64,000 bases of DNA from Macrostomum lignano (Eukaryota). The translations under genes were made by a program, and so were the position numbers. The notes under the pieces are model-generated. The model saw nothing but the letters and a program-made list of their open reading frames with translations. It searched no databases and had not been told where the DNA came from. The stretch spans positions 526,011-590,010 of the forward strand of contig NIVC01000257.1 in assembly GCA_002269645.1 (NCBI GenBank), read 5' to 3'. Shown piece by piece: positions 48,248 through 63,600 of this stretch (positions are counted from its first letter, which is position 1; every line of letters starts with the position of its first letter).

Positions 48248-50986
48248 TCCCCACAGCTTCACAATCCCCACAGATTCACAATCCCCATAGATTCACAACC
48301 CCCACAGATTCACAATCCCCACAGCTTCACAATCCCCACAGATTCACAATCCTCACAGATTCACAATCCTCACAGATTCACAATCCCCACAGATTCACAA
48401 CCCCCACAGATTCTCAATCCCCACAGCTTCACAATCCCCCACAGATTCACAATCCCCACAGCTTCATAATCCCCACAGATTCAAAATCCCCACAGCTTCA
48501 CAATCCCCACAGCTTCATAATCCCCACAGCTTCATAATCCCCACAGCTTCACAATCCCCACAGCTTCATAATCCCCACAGCTTCATAATCCCCACAGCTT
48601 CATAATCCCCACAGCTTCACAATCCCCACAGCTTCACAATCCCCACAGCTTCACAATCCCCACAGCTTCATAATCCCCACAGCTTCATAATCCCCACAGC
48701 TTCACAATCCCCACAGCTTCACAATCCCCACAGCTTCACAATCCCCACAGCTCACAATCCCACAGATTCACACTTCAGAGATTCACAGTCCTCACAGCTT
48801 CACAATCCCCACAGCTTCACAATCCCCACAGCTTCATAATCCCCACAGCTTCACAATCCCCCACAAATTCACAACCCCACAGATTCATAGTCCCCACAGA
48901 TTCACAACTTCAGAGATTCACAATCCCCACAGCTTCACAATCCCACAGCTTCACAATCCCCACAGCTCCACAATCCCCACAGCTTCACAATCCCCACAGC
49001 TCCACAATCCCCACAGCTCCACAATGCCCACAGCTTCACAACCCCCACAGATTCATAATCCCCACAGATTCACAACTTCAGAGATTCACAATCCCACAGC
49101 TTCACAATCACCACAGCTCCACAATCCCCACAGCTCCACAATCCCCACAGCTCCACAATGCCCACAGCTTCACAATCCCCACAGCTTCACAATCCCCACA
49201 GCTTCACAATCCCCACAGCTTCACAATCCCCACAGATTCACAATCCCCACCGATTCACAATCCCCACAGCTTCACAATCCCCACAGCTTCACAATCCCCA
49301 CAGCTTCACAATCCCCACACCTTCACAATCCCACAGATTCATAATCCCCACAGATTCACAATCCCCACAGATTCACAATCCCCACAGCTTCACAATCCCC
49401 ACAGATTCACAATCCCACAGATTCACAATCCCACAGATTCACAATCCCACAGCTTCACAATCCCACAGATTCACAATCCCACAGATTCACAATCCCACAG
49501 ATTCACAACCCCCACAGCTTCACAATCCCCACAGATTCACAATCCCACAGCTTCACAATCCCACAGCTTCACAATCCTCACAGATTTACAACTTCAGAGA
49601 TTCACAACCCCCAAAGATTTACAATCCCCCACAGATTCACAATCCCCCACAGATTCACAATCCCCACAGCTTCATAATCCCCACAGATTCAAAATCCCCA
49701 CAGCTTCACAATCCCCCACAGCTTCATAATCCCCACAGATTCAAAATCCCCACAGCTTCACAATCCCCACAGCTTCATAATCCCCACAGCTTCATAATCC
49801 CCACAGCTTCACAATCCCCACAGCTTCACAATCCCCACAGCTTCACAATCCCCACAGCTTCATAATCCCCACAGCTTCATAATCCCCACAGCTTCACAAT
49901 CCCCACAGCTTCACAATCCCCACAGCTTCACAATCCCCACAGCTCACAATCCCACAGATTCACACTTCAGAGATTCACAGTCCTCACAGCTTCACAATCC
50001 CCACAGCTTCACAATCCCCACAGCTTCATAATCCCCACAGCTTCACAATCCCCCACAAATTCACAACCCCACAGATTCATAATCCCCACAGATTCACAAC
50101 TTCAGAGATTCACAATCCCCACAGCTTCACAATCCCACAGCTTCACAATCCCCACAGCTCCACAATCCCCACAGCTCCACAATCCCCACAGCTCCACAAT
50201 GCCCATAGCTTCACAATCCCCACAGCTTCACAATCCCCACAGCTTCACAATCCCCACAGCTTCACAATCCCCACAGATTCACAATCCCCACCGATTCACA
50301 ATCCCCACAGCTTCACAATCCCCACAGCTTCACAATCCCCACAGCTTCACAATCCCCACACCTTCACAATCCCACAGATTCATAATCCCCACAGATTCAC
50401 AATCCCCACAGATTCACAATCCCCACACCTTCACAATCCCCACAGATTCACAATCCCACAGATTCACAATCCCACAGATTCACAATCCCACAGCTTCACA
50501 ATCCCACAGATTCACAATCCCACAGATTCACAATCCCACAGATTCACAATCCCACAGCTTCACAATCCCCACAGATTCACAATCCCACAGCTTCACAATC
50601 CCACAGCTTCACAATCCTCACAGATTTACAACTTCAGAGATTCACAACCCCCAAAGATTTACAATCCCCCACAGATTCACAATCCCCACAGATTCACGAT
50701 CCCCACAGATTCACAACTTCAGAGATTCACAACCCCCAGAGATTCACAATCCCCCACAGATTCACAATTCCCACAGATTCACCATCCCCTCAGATTCACA
50801 ACTTCAGAGATTCACAATCCCCACAGATTCACGATCCCCACAGATTCACAACTTCAGAGATTCACAACCCCCAGAGATTCACAATCCCCCACAGATTCAC
50901 AATTCCCACAGATTCACCATCCCCTCAGATTCACAACTTCAGAGATTCACAACCCCCAGAGATTCACAATCCCCACAGAATCACAA
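48248..50986. repeat. 16-18-bp minisatellite (CACAATCCCCACAGCTT/GATT)
   Basis: About 2.7 kb, includes a ~1-kb internal duplication. Confidence 0.95.
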
Positions 50987-51683
50987 TCTTCGAAGTAATT
51001 TAAGAGGAAAATTGTCAGCTGAATTCGAGGATCTTTGTGGAGTGGCTTCCAGTCCAGACGGCGGAATTCTAGGAGTCCCTGAGCTCGCAGCTGCGCCGCC
51101 ATCTGGTTCCCCACGCGGACGGCAGCCGGTTCTGTCCGTCTCCAAGCCCTCTGACAGACTTCCCTATAAATCTTCCTGCCCCAATGCGCCTGGCATGGCA
51201 TGCTTCGCGGAAGTGTATTGAAAACTTCTCAATCAGTTAGAGAGTTTTCGAGTGTCTCCCCTGCTTGGACTTCGATCCATTCCCGGACAGTCTCAAGCAG
51301 CGAAAGGGCAGGGAGAATCGCTTGTCCTGTAGGGCCTTTGGCATTTCGGCTTCCCTTTTTCTACAGTCCTTCAGTTGTGCTTTTTCTCCTATAAGAAATT
51401 GAATTTAGCCGGAATAACTTGAGTGAACTCGGTTTGAAACCGGGCCGAGCTGTTCGAGGTCGGGCCGGCGCGTGGGAAACTGGTGACCGCTGCAAATCTG
51501 GGGTCGGGATTTAAGGGGGAGATAGATCTTGGCTGGGAGGGGAAACTCTGAGCAATGAGTGGAAGGAATGAGGACAGAAAATATAGGCTGTCATAGGGAT
51601 GAGAAATAGACTAAACTTAGACTTTTGAAATGGGAGATGGGGACAGAGAGACAACCGTTCAGTAGAGAAAAGCGAAACAGAAG

Positions 51684-54600
51684 ACATAGTAAGAGAGACA
51701 GGAGACACACAGCTAGACAGGAGACCCACAATGAAAGAGACAGGAGACACAGCTAGAGAGACAGGAGACGCAGCTAGAGAGACAGGAGACGCAGCTAGAG
51801 AGACAGGAGACACACAGCTAGAGAGACAGGAGACACACAGCTAGAGAGACAGGAGACACAGCTAAAGAGACAGGAGACACAGCGAGAGAGACAGGAGACA
51901 CGGCGAGAGAGACAGGAGACACAGCTAGAGAGACAGGAGACACAGCTGGAGAGACAGAAGACACAGCTAGAGAGACAGGAGACACAGCTAGAGAGACAGG
52001 AGACACAGCTGGAGAGACAGGAGACACAGCTAGAGAGACAGAAGACACAGCTAAAGAGACAGGAGACACAGCGAGAGAGACAGGAGACACAGCTAGAGAG
52101 ACAGGAGACACAGCGAGAGAGACAGGAGACACGGCAGAGAGAGAGGAGACACAGCTAGAGAGACAGGAGACACAGCTGGAGAGACAGGAGACACACAGCT
52201 AGAGAGACAGTAGACGCAGCTAGAGAGACAGGAGACACAGCGAGAGAGACAGGAGACACAGCTAGAGAGACAGGAGACACAGCTAGAGAGACAGGAGACA
52301 CAGCTGGAGAGACAGGAGACACAGCTAGAGAGACAGGAGACACACAGCTAGAGAGACAGGAGACACAGCTAGAGAGACAGGAGACACAGCTAGAGAGACA
52401 GGAGACACAGCTAGAAAGACAGGAGACACAGCTAGAGAGACAGGAGACACAGCTAAAGAGACAGGAGACACAGCTAGAGAGACAGAAGACGCAGCTAGAA
52501 AAACAGGAGACACACAGCTAGAGAGACAGAAGACACACAGCTAGAGAGACAGGAGACGCAGCTAGAGAGACAGGAGACACAGCTAGAGAGACAGGAGACA
52601 CAGCTAGAGAGACAGGAGACACAGCTGGAGAGACAGGAGACACAGCTAGAGAGACAGAAGACACAGCTAAAGAGACAGGAGACACAGCTAGAGAGACAGA
52701 AGACACAGCTAGAGAGACAGGAGACACAGCCAGAGAGACAGGAGACACAGCTAAAGAGACAGGAGACACAGTGGGAGAGACATGAAACACAGCTGGAGAG
52801 ACCGGAGACACAGCTAGAGAGACAGAAGACACAGCTAGAGAGACAGGAGACACAGTGAGAGAGACAGAAGACACAGCTAGAGAGACAGGAGACACAGCCA
52901 GAGAGACAGGAGACACAGCTAAAGAGACAGGAGACACAGTGGGAGAGACATGAAACACAGCTGGAGAGACCGGAGACACAGCTAGAGAGACAGAAGACAC
53001 AGCTAGAGAGACAGGAGACACAGCTAGAGAGACAGAAGACACAGCTAAAGAGACAGGAGACACAGTGAGAGAGACATGAAACACAGCTGGAGAGACAGAA
53101 GACACAGCTAGAGAGACAGAAGACACAGCTAAAGAGACAGGAGACACAGTGAGAGAGACATGAAACACAGCTGGAGAGACAGGAGACACAGCTAGAGAGA
53201 CAGAAGACACAGCTAAAGAGACAGGAGACACAGTGAGAGAGACATGAAACACAGCTGGAGAGACAGGAGACACAGCTAGAGAGACAGAAGACACAGCTAA
53301 AGAGACAGGAGACACAGTGAGAGAGACATGAAACACAGCTGGAGAGACAGGAGACACAGCTAGAGAGACAGAAGACACAGCTAAAGAGACAGGAGACACA
53401 GTGAGAGAGACATGAAACACAGCTGGAGAGACAGGAGACACAGCTAGAGAGACAGAAGACACAGCTAAAGAGACAGGAGACACAGTGAGAGAGACATGAA
53501 ACACAGCTGGAGAGACAGGAGACACAGTGAGAGAGACAGAAGACACAGCTAAAGAGACAGGAGACACAGTGAGAGAGACATGAAACACAGCTGGAGAGAC
53601 AGGAGACACAGCTAGAGAGACAGAAGACACAGCTAAAGAGACAGGAGACACAGTGAGAGAGACATGAAACACAGCTGGAGAGACAGGAGACACAGCTAGA
53701 GAGACAGGAGACACAGCTAGAGAGACAGAAGACACAGCTAGAGAGACAGGAGACACAGCTAGAGAGACAGGAGACACAGCTAGAGAGACAGAAGACACAG
53801 CTAAAGAGACAGGAGACACAGTGAGAGAGACATGAAACACAGCTGGAGAGACAGGAGACACAGCTAGAGAGACAGAAGACACAGCTAAAGAGACAGGAGA
53901 CAGTGAGAGAGACATGAAACACAGCTGGAGAGACAGAAGACACAGCTAGAGAGACAGGAGACACAGCTAGAGAGACAGAAGACACAGCTAAAGAGACAGG
54001 AGACACAGTGAGAGAGACATGAAACACAGCTGGAGAGACAGGAGACACAGCTAGAGAGACAGAAGACACAGCTAAAGAGACAGGAGACACAGTGAGAGAG
54101 ACATGAAACACAGCTGGAGAGACAGGAGACACAGCTAGAGAGACAGAAGACACAGCTAAAGAGACAGGAGACACAGTGAGAGAGACATGAAACACAGCTA
54201 AAGAGACAGGAGACACAGTGAGAGAGACATGAAACACAGCTGGAGAGACAGGAGACACAGCTAGAGAGACAGAAGACACAGCTAAAGAGACAGGAGACAC
54301 AGTGAGAGAGACATGAAACACAGCTGGAGAGACAGGAGACACAGCTAGAGAGACAGAAGACACAGCTAGAGAGACAGGAGACACAGCTAGAGAGACAGAA
54401 GACACAGCTAAAGAGACAGGAGACACAGTGAGAGAGACATGAAACACAGCTGGAGAGACAGGAGACACAGCTAGAGAGACAGAAGACACAGCTAAAGAGA
54501 CAGGAGACACAGTGAGAGAGACATGAAACACAGCTGGAGAGACAGAAGACACAGCTAGAGAGACAGAAGACACAGCTAAAGAGACAGGAGACACAGTGAG

Positions 54601-57600
54601 AGAGACATGAAACACAGCTGGAGAGACAGGAGACACAGTGAGAGAGACATGAAACACAGCTGGAGAGACCGGAGACACAGCTAGAGAGACAGAAGACACA
54701 GCTAGAGAGACAGGAGACACAGCTAGAGAGACAGAAGACACAGCTAAAGAGACAGGAGACACAGTGAGAGAGACAGAAGACACAGCTAAAGAGACAGGAG
54801 ACACAGCCAGAGAGACAGGAGACACAGCTAAAGAGACAGAAGACACAGTGAGAGAGACATGAAACACAGCTGGAGAGACAGGAGACACAGCTAGAGAGAC
54901 AGAAGACACAGCTAAAGAGACAGGAGACACAGCTAGAGAGACAGAAGACACAGCTAAAGAGACAGGAGACACAGTGAGAGAGACATGAAACACAGCTGGA
55001 GAGACAGGAGACACAGCTAGAGAGACAGAAGACACAGCTAAAGAGACAGGAGACACAGTGAGAGAGACATGAAACACAGCTGGAGAGACAGGAGACACAG
55101 CTAGAGAGACAGAAGACACAGCTAAAGAGACAGGAGACACAGTGAGAGAGACATGAAACACAGCTGGAGAGACAGGAGACACAGCTAGAGAGACAGAAGA
55201 CACAGCTAAAGAGACAGGAGACAGTGAGAGAGACATGAAACACAGCTGGAGAGACAGGAGACACAGCTAGAGAGACAGAAGACACAGCTAAAGAGACAGG
55301 AGACATAGCTAAAGAGACAGGAGACACAGTGAGAGAGACATGAAACACAGCTGGAGAGACAGGAGACACAGCTAGAGAGACAGAAGACACAGCTAAAGAG
55401 ACAGGAGACACAGTGAGAGAGACATGAAACACAGCTGGAGAGACAGGAGACACAGCTAGAGAGACAGAAGACACAGCTAAAGAGACAGGAGACACAGTGA
55501 GAGAGACATGAAACACAGCTGGAGAGACAGGAGACACAGCTAGAGAGACAGAAGACACAGCTAAAGAGACAGGAGACACAGTGAGAGAGACATGAAACAC
55601 AGCTGGAGAGACAGGAGACACAGTGAGAGAGACAGAAGACACAGCTAAAGAGACAGGAGACACAGTGAGAGAGACATGAAACACAGCTGGAGAGACAGGA
55701 GACACAGCTAGAGAGACAGAAGACACAGCTAAAGAGACAGGAGACACAGTGAGAGAGACATGAAACACAGCTGGAGAGACAGGAGACACAGCTAGAGAGA
55801 CAGAAGACACAGCTAAAGAGACAGGAGACACAGTGAGAGAGACATGAAACACAGCTGGAGAGACAGGAGACACAGCTAGAGAGACAGAAGACACAGCTAA
55901 AGAGACAGGAGACACAGTGAGAGAGACATGAAACACAGCTGGAGAGACAGGAGACACAGCTAGAGAGACAGAAGACACAGCTAGAGAGACAGGAGACACA
56001 GCTGGAGAGACAGAAGACACAGCTAGAGAGACAGAAGACACAGCTAGAGAGACAGGAGACACAGCTAGAGAGACAGAAGACACAGCTAAAGAGACAGGAG
56101 ACACAGTGAGAGAGACATGAAACACAGCTGGAGAGACAGAAGACACAGCTAGAGAGACAGAAGACACAGCTAAAGAGACAGGAGACACAGTGAGAGAGAC
56201 ATGAAACACAGCTGGAGAGACAGGAGACACAGCTAGAGAGACAGAAGACACAGCTAAAGAGACAGGAGACACAGTGAGAGAGACATGAAACACAGCTGGA
56301 GAGACAGGAGACACAGTGAGAGAGACAGAAGACACAGCTAAAGAGACAGGAGACACAGTGAGAGAGACATGAAACACAGCTGGAGAGACAGGAGACACAG
56401 TGAGAGAGACAGAAGACACAGCTGGAGAGACAGGAGACACAGCTAGAGAGACAGAAGACACAGCTAGAGAGACAGGAGACACAGCTAGAGAGACAGAAGA
56501 CACAGCTAAAGAGACAGGAGACACAGTGAGAGAGACATGAAACACAGCTGGAGAGACAGAAGACACAGCTAGAGAGACAGAGACACAGCTGAGAGACAGA
56601 AACACAGCTGGAGAGACAGAAGACACAGCTAGAGAGACAGGAGACACAGCTAGAGAGACAGAAGACACAGCTAAAGAGACAGGAGACACAGTGAGAGAGA
56701 CATGAAACACAGCTGGAGAGACAGGAGACACAGCTAGAGAGACAGAAGACACAGCTAAAGAGACAGGAGACACAGTGAGAGAGACATGAAACACAGCTGG
56801 AGAGACAGGAGACACAGCTAGAGAGACAGAAGACACAGCTAAAGAGACAGGAGACACAGTGAGAGAGACATGAAACACAGCTGGAGAGACAGGAGACGCA
56901 GCTAGAGAGACAGGAGACGCAGCTGGAGAGACAGGAGACACAGCTAGAGAGACAGAAGACACAGCTAAAGAGACAGGAGACACAGTGAGAGAGACATGAA
57001 ACACAGCTGGAGAGACAGGAGACACAGCTAGAGAGACAGAAGACACAGCTAGAGAGACAGGAGACACAGCTAGAGAGACAGAAGACACAGCTAAAGAGAC
57101 AGGAGACACAGTGAGAGAGACATGAAACACAGCTGGAGAGACAGGAGACACAGCTAGAGAGACAGAAGACACAGCTAGAGAGACAGGAGACACAGCTAGA
57201 GAGACAGAAGACACAGCTAAAGAGACAGGAGACACAGTGAGAGAGACATGAAACACAGCTGGAGAGACAGGAGACACAGCTAGAGAGACAGAAGACACAG
57301 CTAAAGAGACAGGAGACACAGTGAGAGAGACATGAAACACAGCTGGAGAGACAGAAGACACAGCTAGAGAGACAGAAGACACAGCTAAAGAGACAGGAGA
57401 CACAGTGAGAGAGACATGAAACACAGCTGGAGAGACAGGAGACACAGTGAGAGAGACATGAAACACAGCTGGAGAGACCGGAGACACAGCTAGAGAGACA
57501 GAAGACACAGCTAGAGAGACAGGAGACACAGCTAGAGAGACAGAAGACACAGCTAAAGAGACAGGAGACACAGTGAGAGAGACAGAAGACACAGCTAAAG

Positions 57601-60600
57601 AGACAGGAGACACAGCCAGAGAGACAGAAGACACAGCTAAAGAGACAGGAGACACAGTGAGAGAGACAGAAACACAGCTGGAGAGACAGGAGACACAGCT
57701 AGAGAGACAGAAGACACAGCTAGAGACAGGAGACACAGCTAGAGAGACAGAAGACACAGCTAAAGAGACAGGAGACACAGTGAGAGAGACATGAAACACA
57801 GCTGGAGAGACAGGAGACACAGCTAGAGAGACAGAAGACACAGCTAAAGAGACAGGAGACACAGTGAGAGAGACATGAAACACAGCTGGAGAGACAGGAG
57901 ACACAGCTAGAGAGACAGAAGACACAGCTAAAGAGACAGGAGACACAGTGAGAGAGACATGAAACACAGCTGGAGAGACAGGAGACACAGCTAGAGAGAC
58001 AGAAGACACAGCTAAAGAGACAGGAGACACAGTGAGAGAGACATGAAACACAGCTGGAGAGACAGGAGACACAGCTAGAGAGACAGAAGACACAGCTAAA
58101 GAGACAGGAGACAAGCTAAAGAGACAGGAGACACAGAGAGACATGAAACACAGCTGGAGAGACAGGAGACACAGCTAGAGAGACAGAAGACACAGCTAAA
58201 GAGACAGGAGACACAGTGAGAGAGACATGAAACACAGCTGGAGAGACAGGAGACACAGCTAGAGAGACAGAAGACACAGCTAAAGAGACAGGAGACACAG
58301 TGAGAGAGACATGAAACACAGCTGGAGAGACAGGAGACACAGCTAGAGAGACAGAAGACACAGCTAAAGAGACAGGAGACACAGTGAGAGAGACATGAAA
58401 CACAGCTGGAGAGACAGGAGACACAGCTAGAGAGACAGAAGACACAGCTAAAGAGACAGGAGACACAGTGAGAGAGACATGAAACACAGCTGGAGAGACA
58501 GGAGACACAGCTAGAGAGACAGAAGACACAGCTAAAGAGACAGGAGACACAGTGAGAGAGACATGAAACACAGCTGGAGAGACAGGAGACACAGCTAGAG
58601 AGACAGAAGACACAGCTAAAGAGACAGGAGACACAGTGAGAGAGACATGAAACACAGCTGAGAGACAGGAGACACAGCTAGAGAGACAGAAGACACAGCT
58701 AAAGAGACAGGAGACACAGTGAGAGAGACATGAAACACAGCTGGAGAGACAGGAGACACAGCTAGAGAGACAGAAGACACAGCTAAGAGACAGGAGACAC
58801 AGTGAGAGACAGAGACACAGCTGAGAGACAGAGACACAGCTAGAGAGACAGGAGACACAGCTAGAGAGACAGAAGACACAGCTAAAGAGACAGGAGACAC
58901 AGTGAGAGAGACATGAAACACAGCTGGAGAGACAGGAGACACAGCTAGAGAGACAGAAGACACAGCTAAAGAGACAGGAGACACAGTGAGAGAGACATGA
59001 AACACAGCTGGAGAGACAGGAGACACAGCTAGAGAGACAGAAGACACAGCTAAAGAGACAGGAGACACAGTGAGAGAGACATGAAACACAGCTGGAGAGA
59101 CAGGAGACACAGCTAGAGAGACAGAAGACACAGCTAAAGAGACAGGAGACACAGTGAGAGAGACATGAAACACAGCTGGAGAGACAGGAGACACAGCTAG
59201 AGAGACAGAAGACACAGCTAAGAGACAGGAGACACAGCTAGAGAGACAGAAGACACAGCTAGAGAGACAGGAGACACAGCTAGAGAGACAGAAGACACAG
59301 CTAAAGAGACAGGAGACACAGTGAGAGAGACATGAAACACAGCTGGAGAGACAGAAGACACAGCTAAAGAGACAGAGACACAGTGAGAGAGACATGAAAC
59401 ACAGCTGGAGAGACAGAAGACACAGCTAGAGAGACAGGAGACACAGCTAGAGAGACAGAAGACACAGCTAAAGAGACAGGAGACACAGTGAGAGAGACAT
59501 GAAACACAGCTAGAGAGACAGGAGACACCGCTAGAGAGACAGAAGACACAGCTAAAGAGACAGGAGACACAGTGAGAGAGACATGAAACACAGCTGGAGA
59601 GACAGGAGACACAGCTAGAGAGACAGAAGACACAGCTAAAGAGACAGGAGACACAGTGAGAGAGACATGAAACACAGCTGGAGAGACAGGAGACACAGCT
59701 AGAGAGACAGGAGACGCAGCTGGAGAGACAGGAGACACAGCTAGAGAGACAGAAGACACAGCTAGAGACAGGAGACACAGTAGAGAGACAGAAACACAGC
59801 TAAAGAGACAGGAGACACAGTGAGAGAGACAGAAGACACAGCTGGAGAGACAGGAGACACAGCTAGAGAGACAGAAGACACAGCTAAAGAGACAGGAGAC
59901 ACAGTGAGAGAGACATGAAACACAGCTGGAGAGACAGGAGACACAGCTAGAGAGACAGAAGACACAGCTAAAGAGACAGGAGACAAGCTAAAGAGACAGA
60001 GACATGAGAGAGACATGAAACACAGCTGGAGAGACAGGAGACACAGCTAGAGAGACAGAAGACACAGCTAAAGAGACAGGAGACACAGTGAGAGAGACAT
60101 GAAACACAGCTGGAGAGACAGGAGACACAGCTAGAGAGACAGAAGACACAGCTAAAGAGACAGGAGACACAGTGAGAGAGACATGAAACACAGCTGGAGA
60201 GACAGGAGACACAGCTAGAGAGACAGAAGACACAGCTAAAGAGACAGGAGACACAGTGAGAGAGACATGAAACACAGCTGGAGAGACAGGAGACACAGCT
60301 AGAGAGACAGAAGACACAGCTAAAGAGACAGGAGACACAGTGAGAGAGACATGAAACACAGCTGGAGAGACAGGAGACACAGCTAGAGAGACAGAAGACA
60401 CAGCTAAAGAGACAGGAGACACAGTGAGAGAGACATGAAACACAGCTGGAGAGACAGGAGACACAGCTAGAGAGACAGAAGACACAGCTAGAGAGACAGG
60501 AGACACAGCTGGAGAGACAGAAGACACAGCTGGAGAGACAGAAGACACAGCTAGAGAGACAGGAGACACAGCTAGAGAGACAGAAGACACAGCTAAAGAG

Positions 60601-63600
60601 ACAGGAGACACAGTGAGAGAGACATGAAACACAGCTGGAGAGACAGGAGACACAGCTAGAGAGACAGAAGACACAGCTAAAGAGACAGGAGACACAGTGA
60701 GAGAGACATGAAACACAGCTGGAGAGACAGGAGACACAGCTAGAGAGACAGAAGACACAGCTAAAGAGACAGGAGACACAGTGAGAGAGACATGAAACAC
60801 AGCTGGAGAGACAGGAGACACAGCTAGAGAGACAGAAGACACAGCTAAAGAGACAGGAGACACAGTGAGAGAGACATGAAACACAGCTGGAGAGACAGGA
60901 GACACAGCTAGAGAGACAGAAGACACAGCTAAAGAGACAGGAGACACAGTGAGAGAGACATGAAACACAGCTGAGAGACAGGAGACACAGCTAGAGAGAC
61001 AGAAGACACAGCTAAAGAGACAGGAGACACAGTGAGAGAGACATGAAACACAGCTGGAGAGACAGGAGACACAGCTAGAGAGACAGAAGACACAGCTAAA
61101 GAGACAGGAGACACAGTGAGAGAGACATGAAACACAGCTGGAGAGACAGGAGACACAGCTAGAGAGACAGAAGACACAGCTAAAGAGACAGGAGACACAG
61201 TGAGAGAGACATGAAACACAGCTGGAGAGACAGGAGACACAGCTAGAGAGACAGAAGACACAGCTAAAGAGACAGGAGACACAGTGAGAGAGACATGAAA
61301 CACAGCTGGAGAGACAGGAGACACAGCTAGAGAGACAGAAGACACAGCTAAAGAGACAGGAGACACAGTGAGAGAGACATGAAACACAGCTGGAGAGACA
61401 GGAGACACAGCTAGAGAGACAGAAGACACAGCTAGAGAGACAGGAGACACAGCTAGAGAGACAGAAGACACAGCTAAAGAGACAGGAGACACAGTGAGAG
61501 AGACATGAAACACAGCTGGAGAGACAGGAGACACAGCTAGAGAGACAGAAGACACAGCTAAAGAGACAGGAGACACAGTGAGAGACATGAAACACAGCTG
61601 GAGAGACAGGAGACACAGTGAGAGAGACATGAAACACAGCTGGAGAGACAGGAGACACAGTGAGAGAGACATGAAACACAGCTGGAGAGACAGGAGACAC
61701 AGCTAGAGAGACAGAAGACACAGCTAAAGAGACAGGAGACACAGTGAGAGAGACATGAAACACAGCTGGAGAGACAGGAGACACAGCTAGAGAGACAGAA
61801 GACACAGCTAAAGAGACAGGAGACACAGTGAGAGAGACATGAAACACAGCTGGAGAGACAGGAGACACAGCTAGAGAGACAGAAGACACAGCTAAAGAGA
61901 CAGGAGACACAGTGAGAGAGACATGAAACACAGCTGGAGAGACAGGAGACACAGTGAGAGAGACATGAAACACAGCTGGAGAGACCGGAGACACAGCTAG
62001 AGAGACAGAAGACACAGCTGAGAGACAGGAGACACAGCTAGAGAGACAGAAGACACAGCTAGAGACAGGAGACACAGTGAGAGAGACAGAAGACACAGCT
62101 AAAGAGACAGGAGACACAGCAGAGAGACAGAAGACACAGCTGGAGAGACAGAAGACACAGCTAGAGAGACATGAAACACAGCTGGAGAGACAGGAGACAC
62201 AGTGAGAGAGACATGAAACACAGCTGGAGAGACAGGAGACACAGCTAGAGAGACAGAAGACACAGCTAAAGAGACAGGAGACACAGTGAGAGAGACATGA
62301 AACACAGCTGGAGAGACAGGAGACACAGCTAGAGAGACAGAAGACACAGCTAAAGAGACAGGAGACACAGTGAGAGAGACATGAAACACAGCTGGAGAGA
62401 CAGGAGACACAGCTAGAGAGACAGAAGACACAGCTAAAGAGACAGGAGACACAGTGAGAGAGACATGAAACACAGCTGGAGAGACAGGAGACACAGCTAG
62501 AGAGACAGAAGACACAGCTAAAGAGACAGGAGACACAGTGAGAGAGACATGAAACACAGCTGAGAGACAGGAGACACAGCTAGAGAGACAGAAGACACAG
62601 CTAAGAGACAGAGACACAGCTAAAGAGACAGAGACACAGTGAGAGAGACATGAAACACAGCTGGAGAGACAGGAGACACAGCTAGAGAGACAGAAGACAC
62701 AGCTAAAGAGACAGGAGACACAGTGAGAGAGACATGAAACACAGCTGGAGAGACAGGAGACACAGCTAGAGAGACAGAAGACACAGCTAAAGAGACAGGA
62801 GACACAGTGAGAGAGACATGAAACACAGCTGGAGAGACAGGAGACACAGCTAGAGAGACAGAAGACACAGCTAAAGAGACAGGAGACACAGTGAGAGAGA
62901 CATGAAACACAGCTGGAGAGACAGGAGACACAGCTAGAGAGACAGAAGACACAGCTAAAGAGACAGGAGACACAGTGAGAGAGACATGAAACACAGCTGG
63001 AGAGACAGGAGACACAGCTAGAGAGACAGAAGACACAGCTAAAGAGACAGGAGACACAGTGAGAGAGACATGAAACACAGCTGGAGAGACAGGAGACACA
63101 GCTAGAGAGACAGAAGACACAGCTAAAGAGACAGGAGACACAGTGAGAGAGACATGAAACACAGCTGAGAGACAGGAGACACAGCTAGAGAGACAGAAGA
63201 CACAGCTAAAGAGACAGGAGACACAGTGAGAGAGACATGAAACACAGCTGGAGAGACAGAGACACAGCTAGAGAGACAGAAGACACAGCTAAGAGAGACA
63301 GAGACACAGTGAGAGAGACAGAAGACACAGCTAGAGAGACAGAAGACACAGCTGAGAGACAGGAGACACAGCTAGAGAGACAGAAGACACAGCTAAAGAG
63401 ACAAGACACAGTGAGAGAGACATGAAACACAGCTGGAGAGACAGGAGACACAGCTAGAGAGACAGAAGACACAGCTAAAGAGACAGGAGACACAGTGAGA
63501 GAGACATGAAACACAGCTGGAGAGACAGGAGACACAGCTAGAGAGACAGAAGACACAGCTAAAGAGAGACAGGAGACACAGTGAGAGAGAGACATGAAAC

